A stretch of 64,000 nt of DNA from positions 8,897,337 to 8,961,336 of the forward strand of contig CM082586.2 in the NCBI GenBank assembly GCA_040954595.2, in the 5' to 3' direction. The stretch's first letter is position 1. Each line of letters starts with the position of its first letter. This DNA comes from Balanoglossus misakiensis (lineage: Eukaryota > Animalia > Hemichordata). Shown piece by piece: positions 36,801 to 50,700 of this stretch. Position numbers and translations under genes: made by a program. The notes below the pieces were generated by a model that did no database searches, was not told the origin of the DNA, and saw nothing but the letters and a program-made list of their open reading frames with translations.

Positions 36801-39800
36801 ATGTTGACGCAACGGTGGACCCCACCAAACACTCAAAATTAATGGGCAGAATACTGTCCACTCTCCGCCTGGTTACTGTCTGGCCTGGTTAATGTTGACG
36901 CAAAGGTTGACCCAACCAAACACTCGAAATTAATGGGCAGAATACTGTCCACTCTGGCCTTGTTACTGTCTGGCCTGGTTAATGTTGATGCAAAGGTTGA
37001 CCCCACCAAACACTCAAAATTAATGGGCAGAATACTGTCCACTCTCCGCCTGGTTACTGTCTGGCCTGGTTAATGTTGACGCAAAGGTTGACCCAACCAA
37101 ACACTCGAAATTAATGGGCAGAATACTGTCCACTCTGGCCTTGTTACTGTCTGGCCTGGTTAATGTTGACGCAAAGGTTGACCCCACCAAACACTCGAAA
37201 TTAATGGGCAGAATACTGTCAACTCTGGCCTGGTTACTGTGTGCTCTGGTTAATGTTAACGCAAAGGTTGACCCCACCAAACACTCGAAATTAATGGGCA
37301 GAATACTGTCCACTCTGGCCTGGTTACTGTGTGCTCTGGTTAATGTTGACGCAAAGGTTGACCCCACCAAACACTCGAAATTAATGGGCAGAATACTGTC
37401 CACTCTGGCCTTGTTACTGTCTGGTCTTGTTAATGTTGACGCAAAGGTTGACCCAACCAAACACTCGAAATTAATGGGCAGAATACTGTCCACTCTGGCC
37501 AGGATATTGTCTGGTCTGATTAATGTTGACGCAAAGGTTGACCCCACCAGACACTCAAAATTAATGGACAGGATACTGTCCACTCTGGCCTGGTTACTGT
37601 CTGGCCTGGTTAATGTTGACGCAAAGGTTGACCCCACCAAACACTCAAAATTAATGGACAGGATACTGTCCACTCTGGCCTGGTTACTGTCTGGCCTGGT
37701 TAATGTTGATGCTAAGGTTGACCCCACCAAACACTCAAAATTAATGGACAGAATAATGTCCACTCTGGCCTGGTTACTGTCTGGCCTGGTTAATGTTGAC
37801 GCAAAGGTTGACCCCACCAAACACTCGAAATTAATGGGCAGAATACTGTCCACTCTGGCCTGGTTACTGTCTGGCCTGGTTAATGTTGACGCAAAGGTTG
37901 ACCCCACCAAACACTCGAAATTAATGGGCAGGATACTGTCCACTCTGGCCTTGTTACTGTCTGGCCTGGTTAATGTTGACGCAAAGGTTGACCCAACCAA
38001 ACACTCGAAATTAATGGGCAGGATACTGTCCACTCTGGCCTTGTTACTGTCTGGCCTGGTTAATGTTGACGCAAAGGTTGACCCAACCAAACACTCGAAA
38101 TTAATGGGCAGGATACTGTCCACTCTCTGCCTGGTTACTTTCAGGCCGGGTTAATGTTGACGCAAAGGTTGACCCAACCAAACACTCGAAATTAATGGGC
38201 AGGATACTGTCCACTCTGGCCCTTTTACTGTCTGGCCGGGTTAATGTTGACGCAACGGTGGACCCCACCAAACACTCAAAATTAATGGGCAGAATACTGT
38301 CCACTCTCCGCCTGGTTACTGTCTGGCCTGGTTAATGTTGACGCAAAGGTTGACCCAACCAAACACTCGAAATTAATGGGCAGAATACTGTCCACTATGG
38401 CCTTGTTACTGTCTGGCCTGGTTAATGTTGACGCAAAGGTTGACCCCACCAAACACTCGAAATTAATGGGCAGAATACTGTCAACTCTGGCCTGGTTACT
38501 GTGTGCTCTGGTTAATGTTAACGCAAAGGTTGACCCCACCAAACACTCGAAATTAATGGGCAGAATACTGTCCACTCTGGCCTTGTTACTGTCTGGCCTT
38601 GTTAATGTTGACGCAAAGGTTGACCCCACCAAACACTCGAAATTAATGGGCAGAATACTGTCCAATCTCTGCCTGGTTACTGTCTGGCCTGGTTAATGTT
38701 GAGGCAACGGTTGACCCCACCAAACACTCGAAATTAATGGGCAGGATACTGTCCACTCTGGCCTTGTTACTGTCTGGCCTGGTTAATGTTGACGCAAAGG
38801 TTGACCCCACCAAACACTCGAAATTAATGGGCAGAATACTGTCCAATCTCCGCCTGGTTACTGTCTGGCCTGGTTAATGTTGACGCAAAGGTTGACCCCA
38901 CCAAACACTCGAAATTAATGGGCAGAATACTGTCCACTCTGGCCTTGTTACTGTCCGGCCTTGTTAATGTTGACGCAAAGGTTGACCCCACCAAACACTC
39001 GAAATTAATGGACAGAATACTGTCCAATCTCTGCCTGGTTACTGTCTGGCCTGGTTAATGTTCACGCAACGGTTGACCCCACCAAACACTCGAAATTAAT
39101 GGGCAGGATACTGTCCACTCTGGCCTTGTTACTGTCTGGCCTGGTTAATGTTGACGCAAAGGTTGACCCCACCAGACACTCAAAATTAATGGACAGGATA
39201 CTGTCCACTCTGGCCAGGATACTGTCTGGCCTGGTTAATGTTGACTCAAAGGTTGACCCCACCAGACACTCAAAATTAATGGACAGTATACTGTCCACTC
39301 TGGTCAGGATACTGTCTGGCCTGGTTAATGTTGACGCACAGGTTGACCCCACCCCACCAAACACTCGAAATTAATGGGCAGAATACTGTCCACTCTGGCC
39401 AGGATACTGTCTGGTCTGGTTAATGTTGACGCAAAGGTTGACCCCACCAAACACTCGAAATTAATGGGCAGAATACTGTCCACTCTGGCCAGGATACTGT
39501 CTGGTCTGATTAATGTTGACGCAAAGGTTGACCCCACCAGACACTCAAAATTAATGGACAGGATACTGTCCACTCTGGCCTGGTTACTGTCTGGCCTGGT
39601 TAATGTTGACGCAAAGGTTGACCCCACCAAACACTCAAAATTAATGGACAGGATACTGTCCACTCTGGCCTGGTTACTGTCTGGCCTGGTTAATGTTGAT
39701 GCAAAGGTTGACCCCACCAAACACTCAAAATTAATGGACAGAATAATGTCCACTCTGGCCTGGTTACTGTCTGGCCTGGTTAATGTTGACGCAAAGGTTG

Positions 39801-41898
39801 ACCCCACCAAACACTCGAAATTAATGGGCAGAATACTGTCCACTCTGGCCTGGTTACTGTCTGGCCTGGTTAATGTTGACGCAAAGGTTGACCCCACCAA
39901 ACACTCGAAATTAATGGGCAGGATACTGTCCACTCTGGACTTGTTACTGTCTGGCCTGGTTAATGTTGACGCAAAGGTTGACCCAACCAAACACTCGAAA
40001 TTAATGGGCAGGATACTGTCCACTCTGGCCTTGTTACTGTCTGGCCTGGTTAATGTTGACGCAAAGGTTGACCCAACCAAACACTCAAAATTAATGGGCA
40101 GGATACTGTCCACTCTCTGCCTGGTTACTTTCAGGCCGGGTTAATGTTGACGCAAAGGTTGACCCAACCAAACACTCGAAATTAATGGGCAGGATACTGT
40201 CCACTCTGGCCGTGTTACTGTCTGGCCGGGTTAATGTTGACGTAAAGGTTGACCCCACCAAACACTCAAAATTAATGGGCAGAATACTGTCCACTCTCCG
40301 CCTGGTTACTGTCTGGCCTGGTTAATGTTGACGCAAAGGTTGACCCAACCAAACACTCGAAATTAATGGGCAGAATACTGTCCACTCTGGCCTTGTTACT
40401 GTCTGGCCTGGTTAATGTTGACGCAAAGGTTGACCCCACCAAACACTCGAAATTAATGGGCAGAATACTGTCAACTCTGGCCTGGTTACTGTGTGCTCTG
40501 GTTAATGTTAACGCAAAGGTTGACCCCACCAAACACTCGAAATTAATGGGCAGAATACTGTCCACTCTGGCCTGGTTACTGTCTTGCCTGGTTAATGTTG
40601 ACGCAAAGGTTGACCCCACCAAACACTCGAAATTAATGGGCAGAATACTGTCCACTCTGGCCTTGTTACTGTCTGGCCTTGTTAATGTTGACGCAAAGGT
40701 TGACCCCACCAAACACTCGAAATTAATGGGCAGAATACTGTCCAATCTCTGCCTGGTTACTGTCTGGCCTGGTTAATGTTGAGGCAACGGTTGACCCCAC
40801 CAAACACTCGAAATTAATGGGCAGGATACTGTCCACTCTGGCCTTGTAACTGTCTGGCCTGGTTAATGTTGACGCAAAGGTTGACCCCACCAAACACTCG
40901 AAATTAATGGGCAGAATACTGTCCAATCTCCGCCTGGTTACTGTCTGGCCTGGTTAATGTTGACGCAAAGGTTGACCCCACCAAACACTCGAAATTAATG
41001 GGCAGAATACTGTCCACTCTGGCCTTGTTACTGTCTGGCCTTGTTAATGTTGACGCAAAGGTTGACCCCACCAAACACTCGAAATTAATGGGCAGAATAC
41101 TGTCCAATCTCTGCCTGGTTACTGTCTGGCCTGGTTAATGTTGACGCAACGGTTGACCCCACCAAACACTCGAAATTAATGGGCAGGATACTGTCCACTC
41201 TGGCCTTGCTACTGTCTGGCCTGGTTAATGTTGACGCAAAGGTTGACCCCACCAAACACTTGAAATTAATGGGCAGAATACTGTCCAATCTCCGCCTGGT
41301 TACTGTCTGGCCTGGTTAATGTTGACGCAACGGTTGACCCCACCAAACACTCGAAATTAATGGGCAGGATACTGTCCACTCTGGCCTTGTTACTGTCTGG
41401 CCTGGTTAATGTTGACGCAAAGGTTGACCCCACCAAACACTCGAAATTAATGGGCAGAATATTGTCCAATCTCCGCCTGGTTACTGTCTGGCCTGGTTAA
41501 TGTTGACGCAAAGGTTGACCCCACCAAACACTCGAAATTAATGGGCAGGATACTGTCCACTCTGGCCTTGTTACTGTCTGGCCTGGTTAATGTTGACGCA
41601 AAGGTTGACCCCACCAAACACTTGAAATTCATGGGCAGAATACTGTCCACTCTCCGCCTGGTTACTTTCAGGCCTGGTTAATGTTGACGCAAAGGTTGAC
41701 CCCACCAAACACTCGAAATTAATGGGCAGGATACTGTCCACTCTGGCCTGGTTACTGTGTGCTCTGGTTAATGTTGACGGAAAGGTTGACCCTACCAAAC
41801 ACTCAAAATTAATGGGCAGCATACTGTCCACTCTGGCCTGGTTACTGTGTGCTCTGGTTAATTTTGACGCAAAGGTTGACCCCACCAAACACTCAAAA
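30855..41898. repeat. 90-bp satellite DNA array (~120 monomers, 11 kb) with higher-order repeats
   Basis: Monomer ~ccccaccaaacactcgaaattaatgggcagaatactgtccactctggcctggttactgtctggcctggttaatgttgacgcaaaggttga; 89/91/95-bp variants recur periodically. Confidence 0.98.
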
Positions 41899-41926
41899 CC
41901 AGATATTAACTGAATATGCTCACGTG
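41899..41926 (-). other. Helentron 3' terminus (sub-TIR + short hairpin + T-run)
   Basis: Minus strand CACGTGAGC-ATATTCAGTTAATATCTGG-TTTT; satellite stops exactly here. Confidence 0.65.
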
Positions 41927-43699
41927 CAGTACTGTGATTGGTTGACAGAATAACAAGATAAGAAAAACCAGTGTTAAACCATGTTGGTTTATAGTGTATA
42001 TGGTGCAAGGGTTGTGTGTTGCACCATTGTGAAATGTAAACATGTTTGTGGAATTGTTGCCTTGTCAATTTTTGTAAGAGGTTAGGGACGATGTCAAATA
42101 ACAAAAAATAAGTTTAGCTTGAAACCCCTGCACTCCCCCTTGTAACCTAATTGTTGAATACTGATCAGTGCCTCTTATTATTTCATTATTGTGACAACTC
42201 CATATTTAAACCATAACCAGGATAGAAAAGTACACTATCACACATATTGATATTTCGACAATATTTGAATGAAAACATTTCTTTTCAATTCTGAGTTTAC
42301 ATCAGGTCTTGATTGATTTTTCTGCTTATAGAATAAGAATATGCAATGTAAAGAATTCTCGACTTACTCAACTATTTTGTTCGATGGAACACTTTTTTGG
42401 GTCAAAACCCCCACCCCCTAAACTTCAAGAAGTAAGATTTTTATCAGACCTGAATCCTTTGACATGTTCCCTTAACTTGGCAAGGGGTACTGGAAATTGA
42501 GGTGGTTGTGATGCAACAGGTGTGCCCTCGTGTGTTAATAGAAGAGAGGATGAAGTCAGACGGCTAACCATTGCTGTTGAGGGCGCTCTTACATATTCGA
42601 GGTTGCAGGTTGAGCTTTGTATCGTTTGCATTTTAAATAAAATGTGTAGAGCTATGGATGATATCCAATATCCAACATGGAATAGTAAAAAAGGAGTCTT
42701 ATACCAGTTCCTGAACAAAAAAAATTAACGTCAGATTTGTTTTCTTGATAAAATTTCACTACAGATTGATACGAAATGTGAGAAAAATTGTCCTCTGCTT
42801 TCATTATGGTCTTGCATCATACCCAGGGTTAGTGTAGGTCATTCAAGTTTAATGAGAAAATTTCCTAAAACACCAATTTGAGGTTTCGTAACACATAACA
42901 CCCATAGGAACTTTAACACCAAATTTCAGACACAGCAGACAAATACTTTTAGAGAAGTTTTATTGATCAGAACTAACAATTTCCCCAAATAGGGATAAAA
43001 CACCAAAAAATAGAAAACTAAAGATCTCTTCACAACAGGTGGTCTACTCAAGGTACTGCATACCAATTTTCAAAGCAATCCGAACAGCAGTTCTGGAGTC
43101 AATTTTCCACATTTGAGCTTAGTATAATTTGGGCAATGTCACCTTCATTTGAATGAAACTTCAGCAGTTCTCAATTTTTTTTGCAATATATCGATGCTGA
43201 ATTGTGCTATAAACCTGCATTGGTATGTGTACCAAAACAGATGTAGAAAATATCGCTGTTCTACACTAGTGGTTGTAATAATTCAAACATCTGGTAAGGA
43301 AATGAATGTGTCCTACATTGGCAACAGAATCAGATATCTGGTAGGTAAAAGCTCACATTGGTGTGGATACAAAGTGTGAAGTTGCGTTAATTTTAACAGA
43401 CACAAGAACAGGAACAAAGTAAACAAATTTAAAAAAAGCAACAATTGTCTTAGAACTTACTATGGATGAGAATGGTCTGGAAGACGTACACACCACATAT
43501 TTTATGCCAGCTATATAAGTGTAGCTCGTATTAGAAATATTGCTGAAAATGGTCTCCCCCCCAAAATACAAATTTGTGGGTTTTCCTACACCTCGATCAA
43601 ATGATTCATCTCACATCCCGAAAAATGTGCATAGTAAATTTTAAAGCTATTAGGAGTACTCTGATAGAAAAGTGAACTTCACAAAAAATGCCTTAAAAC

Positions 43700-44230
43700 A
43701 TAACTTTGCATATTTTAAGCACATTTAATAAAAACAATCTGATTACTGTTATCCCTGGGTTTCTGAATGCCAAATATCAAAGCCATCCCATGTACAGTAT
43801 TTAGGAAGATTTGTAAAGAATTTCTGAACAAACTGCTTTAAAACACAAATTATTACTTTTAAGGACACTTAAAAAAATCTATTTACTGTTATCCCTAGGC
43901 TTCTGAATACCTAATATCAAAGCCATCTGATGTGCAGTATTTTAGGAAGAACTAAAGAACTGAGCAAACAGCCTTAAAACACAAATTTGCATATTTTCAG
44001 CACACTGAAAAAAACTCTATTCACTGTCATTCCTGGGCTTTTGAATACCTAATATCAAAGCTGTCCAATGTGCATTTTTTTGGAGAAGAGTTCAAATGAA
44101 TTAATGAACAAACTGCCTCAAAACACAAATGTACATATTTTAAGCACACTTTTAAAAAATCTTATTACTGTCATTCCTGTGTCTGAGTACCAAATATCAA
44201 AGTCGTCTGATGTGCACGTTTGATGAAAAA
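43700..44230. repeat. Degenerate ~140-bp tandem repeat (x4) inside the Helentron
   Basis: ttactgttatccctggg..tctgaat(a/g)c(c/t)aatatcaaagc at ~43743, 43883, 44021, 44165. Confidence 0.75.
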
Positions 44231-44401
44231 GACTTCTAAAATATTTGTGAAGAAACTATCCTAAATTCTAATGTCCAACGAGTTCGTGTGGGTAACAAAA
44301 CTGAAACTATTCACCACTCTAATAGTGGCTGAAAACATTGAAATCCTAGCAATGCGCCTGCAGAGTCATTGTAAAAGAATGTGATGTATGGTAGGGAAAG
44401 C

Positions 44402-47400
44402 TCAGCGTTTGCCCTTGCTAGGTTTGGTTCTGTACCTGGAAATAAGAGGCAAATAATTACATTGTAAGAATGGGTGATAAAATGCAGGTTGTGGTAATAA
44501 TCTAATGTTTGCAACCTGACTGATATTCATTGTCAAGCTACTTTAAGATGTCTGGAGATCTTGAAATATTTATTTCAGGACAATTTGGTTACATCTTACT
44601 AATACAATCTCCAAGATCCTACACACCAAACTTGAAAGAAATCTGATAAGTGGATTCAGAGAAAATGATTTGGTCAAAAAACGGAAAGAATTGCCCTCAA
44701 GAGAGAATTATTCAAAGTTCACTGCAATTTTAAGCGAGTAAGGAAATCTCTAGGAAGCTTGCAAACGAAGTTTCAAAGCAATTGGACCATTGGTTTCAGA
44801 TATTTTTAACAAACAAAGAATGGCAAAATTTGCTCCAAAAATCCAATCCTGCATATGTCAGGACAATCTGTATACATGTTACTGAAAATATCCATAGAAA
44901 CCTGTACACCATGACAGATATTCCACCAATGTGATGAGCTCAGTTGTCACCGACAGCAGACCTAAAAAGTAGTTTTACCTCAATTGTACAACTGTTCCGT
45001 TGTCTTTCTTGTATACAATCTGCCCTGGCAGTTTGGATATAATGTCCTCTTCGGAGCCAAGGGAACTGATACATGCCTTGTATGGCGTGTACACACCATC
45101 TATGACCAGACATCTGTGGAAGAGAAAAAAAAGTTTGCGCATTTTTTGGATGAACTTTTTGAAAGGGGAAGACAACACAGCTATGATTTTCTTCACATGT
45201 CCCAAGGAAAGCCAAGTTGGTTTGTGCCAAATACTAAAATGTTATGATTTAAGTATTTTCAATGGATGTGAAATTGACAATATACAACTTGGTTGTAAAA
45301 GTGAAATTTTTAATCATAACCAGGTTATACTACTGGTCAGAACAGAGTGCATGATCGTGTATTAATAGTATTTTTGGCAGATGAGATCACCATCAGACGT
45401 TGTCCAATATGAAGAATTTAAATTTGGTGTCGTTTGTCCAGTAGTTTAGCCAAAGATAACGCCACACTGACATGTGTGGAAGTGATAATGAAGATGTACT
45501 AACTTCTCGTCTGTGTCTATTCATTTAAGTGTACCATTTGCCTCAAGAATTTCAGCATCATCTTCTATAGTCTGAAAATAAGTATAAGACATATTAGTGA
45601 ATCTGAAATATCTGTATAGTAGTGTTGATAGTGTGTAGTGGCTGTTAGAGAACACATTAAAGCCCCAGTATTTCTCATTTTGACAATTTTTCATCATCAA
45701 AAATTTCCTGTTTTTTACGCATTCATCTTGGAATACTAGATAATAAAGATATTAGCAAGATTTGTGCTGCTGTAACTATGTGCAAACCCTAAATATTGCC
45801 TGTAAAATTTGAAATGACCGACAGGTTTGTTTACAACAGAAATGGTGCATATGTGAATTTTTGCGAGTTTCTTCCAAAAATTACTAGATTTGGGACAATC
45901 AAACCTCTTCAGTGTGGGTTCTATAAATGTTATGCATGGCTGAATCTGTGTACATTTAGTTCTATAGGCACAGCAGGGGTTAGATTGGATTCCATGTGTC
46001 AACAATGCCTGACTTTCTGTCCGGACAGAAAGTCATTTTCAATTGTTATATTGAAAAGTATATACATTTGTGAACAGGGCTGGTCATAAAAACTGTGAGA
46101 GTCATTATCAATTATTATCTACTTTTAGAAATTGAAGATATTTCAAACAAAAATATGTCGAAACAAGAAATACTGAGGCTGAATTTTGACAGTGGATGAA
46201 TACTGACCTTTATTTTTGTGGAGACTGTGCTATTGACATGATTGACATCCTTGTACTTGTCTACGATTACAGGTCCAATTTTCACTTTTGCACCTTCTCT
46301 GACTTGCAGGTCACACTGTTTGCCCCAAAGGTTCATTTGCATTGACCTCAAACCATCTGTTAAAACGATATCTCTTCTACGTGTTTTATTTGTTGTTTGC
46401 TGTTCGTGTGAAACCTAAATGTAAAGAAAGTAAATTGCAAGGTGATAAAGTGCAATGGAAATGTGTCTTGACTGGTACAAGTAATGCTAGTCAATTGGTG
46501 AAATAAGAGTAAGAAAAGGTGTTGTTTAGTATGGTAAGTTTACAGTTATTGATGTGAAATTAAATCATTCTCACCGAAGCATTTTCTGCCTGTATAATTT
46601 TGGATGACAATCAGAAATCATCAAGATAAGAATTTTAACCTGCAATGTTGTAGAAATTAGTCATCACTGTGAGGAATCATGGGGAGAACAGTCAATTTGC
46701 ATAGAAATCTATTGGGGGAAAGTAGGCGTTTATTGTCTGAGTAAACAAAATATTTTGTCATAATGTGTGCATATGTGATTACCTTATCAATTCTAGCCAC
46801 AACACTGACCCTCCTTTTTCGAGGCGAGTGCTGTAAATCAGCTAGTGGGACCTCCTCTGGTTCATTGAATAGTTTCTCCTGTTCTTTTTCAACTTTGAAT
46901 GCATTGTTCCCAGTACGGGCAATCTACGGCAAAAAGGAAAACAAATCAATTAAAATGTAAAGCGATATTATTTGAAGATTACAACATGTAAGTGAAAATT
47001 CGGGAATGGGTCATGAAATAAATCTCGTTTTTGAATAAATTAGGGGCAAGATCTAAAGTTCAATAAAAGTAACTTAATTGTTTAAAAGTTTGGCCTCAGA
47101 CCCACCCACCACCCCCCCCACTCTAACTAAACAGACCGAAAATTGATAAACATTCGAAGCGTACCCTGCATTAATTCTTTCAGACAGCGTACTATTAAAT
47201 TGAGTGAAAACAGAAAACCATTATTAATTGACAAAAATATTCATAATGCAACACAACAGAAAGCAGTCTTGAAATCGTTCGTTTTGCCAAAAAGTCGAAT
47301 CGTTTTTGACTGCAGACATGAATTTGGCCCAAAAACCCAACCCCCAAACTTGATCATTTTTTTGTAAACATCAATCTTTTGACGTTGCCGTTTAGTAGAG

Positions 47401-47736
47401 AGAAAAGACAAGATCTATCGGAATTGTAATATGCGATGTCGAGTTTTGAGGTTTATAGAGGGAAATGACGATTAAAGGGTCAAGACAAGTGTTCACCTTG
47501 GTATATTTGTTGACGCCAATCCCACCGTCGCGACAATTAGTGAACCGCCGTAGTTCCAGAAATGTGCCTTTTGTGAATTTATCGACGCACCCGTCTTTCC
47601 AGATTTTAATTTCGTGGAAGTGGCCGTTGTCGTCGATTGCTGTTAAGTTGTAGAAGGGTCTAGTTGCGGAGTAACGCTCTTCAGGTTCTTCCAGAACCTT
47701 TATTTTTATGGCTAGATCTTGACTGTTGGTTGCCAT
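44402..47736 (-). pseudogene. Six-exon OB-fold ssDNA-binding (RPA/SSB-like) gene, ~274 codons, one in-frame TGA (45521-45523)
   Basis: Exons 47736-47497, 46923-46783, 46414-46208, 45571-45504, 45113-44979, 44435-44402 all GT-AG and phase-compatible (0,0,0,2,2). Motifs FYNLTAIDDNGHFHEIKIW, RVSVVARIDKVS, RRDIVLTDGLRSMQMNLWGKQCD..VREGAKVKI resemble OB folds; C-terminus RYRTKPSKGKR. Confidence 0.78.
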
Positions 47737-50700
47737 TTTCAGACTGGGATCTGATGCAACCTGTGAACAAGTGGATAATGGTATTTATGAGTTCATGAAA
47801 ACAGTAGACAGTTGCAGCGAAGTTAGACAATTTCTCCTGAGAGCTGTGATTGTGTTAATGATGATTGCGTCGAACGCTAGACGAATGATTTTTGTACACA
47901 TTGATATGTCTATGATAATAAATCATAATACCGACTGGTAACGTATTCAGGCAAAACTGGTGAAACGGTTGTCATGCAATCTTGTCCTGAATAAAATATG
48001 AAATGCTGCGACATGGCATTCCTTTTAGTATTACTATAAAAATAGGAAAAAAATTTACTCACTTGCTTATTTAATGATTCCTTGTGGACGACAGGCACTT
48101 CTGGGTGTCGGACACTTTTTCAGTACGCGTCACCGAGACGCACTTCTGGATGGCGGACACTTTTTTTCCAAGTATACGTCACTGAGACGCACAGGACAGA
48201 AACTTTTCTCCTAGCAGGTTTCCTTAAAAATGACCCACGCCAGAGCACGAGGGTGGGTTCATATACTGCTCATGAATATTCAGTGGATTCTGAGCCTGCA
48301 AAGTCCGAACCAATGGCAGGTATAGGAAAGAAGAGATCGAACGTAAAAGTGAGCAAGGGAGTGGGTGTGTCCAAGTGTAGTTTCCAAAAATGTTGCAAGC
48401 TTGAAGATGGGCCAATGACAATTCAAAATCGAAATGCATACAGAATTAGGTGAGCAGGACCCTATTAGAATGATAAGGTATTCGATCTGAACCATGCAGA
48501 GTATTCTCGTTAATTGTGTTGAAACTTTAACCGAGAATCAGTGTTTTGGTCACTTTTCATTTGCAGATGCGTACGCAAGTTGAGGCGTTGTACTAGTGTT
48601 GAGAAATCTTTACCATCGTTATGTATAGTATAATGTAAAGTTTGATAGGTATTATTTTTCCCGCTGAATATTTGATGAAATGTTCGATATCATTTTTCAA
48701 GATTTCATGAAACTACGCAGAGCCGTCGTAGCGGGCGCCGCACGGGCACCTGTGAAACACGATACGCATACACTGACGTTTTTTTGGAAAAAAACACACA
48801 AAATAAAGGAAGTCGAAGACATACCGTCCATAGAAAATTTTAACCGCTAATCAAACAAAAGTATCAAAATGTATCGTTAAAATGTTTGTAATTTATAAAC
48901 ACGGTGTTCGTTGGGTCAAAACTGTGCCACCAGACTATGTACAAAAACGGCAGTAAAACGTTGAAATTTGATGTATCCTGTGATTATAAGTCCGACTTTG
49001 TAGATTCTACACCAGCAGGCAGAACGAAAAACATCTTATTTCACACTAAACTTATAATCGAAACTTTATGATAATGAACTGGGCTTCAATAGTAACAATT
49101 CAAAGACAGATTTACTGCGCGAAAGCTATAACTTTGTAGTTTTAGTTACAAAAACAAAGCTTGTTCGAAAACGACTTTTGATGAATGTCAACTTTTTGTC
49201 CGGTAAATTTTCCAGTAGGCCTACTACTTTCAAAATTTAAATGAATACAGAAATGGAAGCATGAGTTTCACATTTTAGAGAATTTGAACGAACAGTGAGA
49301 AAGGGTGACAACAACAACAACTTGTAGAATTATGGCTTTAGTCGTTTTATATTGAAATTTATGTTTCGTTTGTAGTGGAGGCTGGTCGTTTACGCCAAAC
49401 TTTTTTTATGTTACACGCGGTTCAGAAATAGGTTAGGCGAATTAGATTGTTTTTGTTCATATTATTCTAAATCAAAGGAGTATGCGATAAATTACACCAC
49501 GGAAACATGTTTGCGATTGGAAAAGAGGAGCTTATCATACATGCAACGCCTGTATGCCACTGCGCTATTGCTGTATTGTTCTCAGAGCGAAGATTAAGAC
49601 AGAGTATTTTCACATGTGAGAAAAGATAATTTTAGAACGTGTGCCGAGAGACGCCCACTACATTTTTCTCTTCACGGCAAAGATCGAGAAATACACGAAA
49701 AATGATGTTTGAATAGACCAAGATCGATAAAAAGTAATGTAAAATCACATTATTTTGTGGAATGAAATCAAAATTCGCTCATCACACTGAAGTCAGCCAG
49801 CCACAACTTGCAACATTTGTCGCGTTATCAAGAGAGAGTTGTAGCAGGCGCCGTGTGAGCACGCGCGAGTTGGTTGTCTTATTCCTGGAAAACTGTGTTA
49901 GGATGTCATCGAAAGTCCCCTTTATCGTCCACAATTCGACCTGAGTTGATAATAGAGTTAAAAACTGTGAGCTGATTCTAAAAAAAAATTTATCCGGAAA
50001 CCAGCGACATATCGTTTTGAGTGGACAGCAGCGAAAAGAAAGTTAGTGGTCAGGGGTTTGAAGTACGTCGGGTTACCGGAAATGTCTTTTTTTCTTAGCA
50101 TAATATTTAATTTTTGTTTTCAAAACATTAGTAGCCATCTTAGTTCTATTTTTGACACTTTCATTGGAATGCTTCGCATACATCCATGGTTAGGTATTAA
50201 GATATGTCGTCTGGTGTGTGTTCTTCTGAATGTTATTTCACGGAAACTACCTCAACGGGACATAGAAATAGGTAATGTTCACGAAGCAAAGTGATGGCTG
50301 CTATCGTGCCTTCGTTCACATTCCAAACAATGTAGCGTTCTGTTGATCCTTCAACTGCGGTTGCAGTGCCGAATGTTTATGTTTAGCGCCCTCACTGTCT
50401 GGAGTATGCATCCATGATGAAGCAAGTAGGACAGTCTTGTACAGTCTATCAAGTGCAGTTTTTATATGACTGAATAGATTCTGGTGAAGTGAAACAACAT
50501 TTGCGCTTTGAGAATTCTGTTAGAGAGGAAATGATGGAACTGTTTGGTATTGAAATCATGATCTTTTGTATATTAATGTTCTTGCTAGTGTATTTGAGTA
50601 ATAGAAATAAAATGAATATAACTGTCCAAAATATTACTGCATATTCTGTAGCACACAAAAGTTCTAAAAAATTTAAACTTTTCATAGCTTTTTTTCCATT

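Noticed and set aside
30867-41913. Long 30-aa-repeat ORFs on both strands (MGRILSTLAWLLSGLVNVDAKVDPTKHSKL / DSILPINFECLVGSTFASTLTRP)
   Set aside because: By-product of a stop-free 90-bp monomer; frequent 89/91/95-bp variants break the frame and both strands are equally open.
45521-45523. In-frame TGA as selenocysteine (also TGA in mini-exons A1/A2)
   Set aside because: No SECIS recognised, no redox motif; element is otherwise decayed, so a GGA>TGA nonsense change is simpler.
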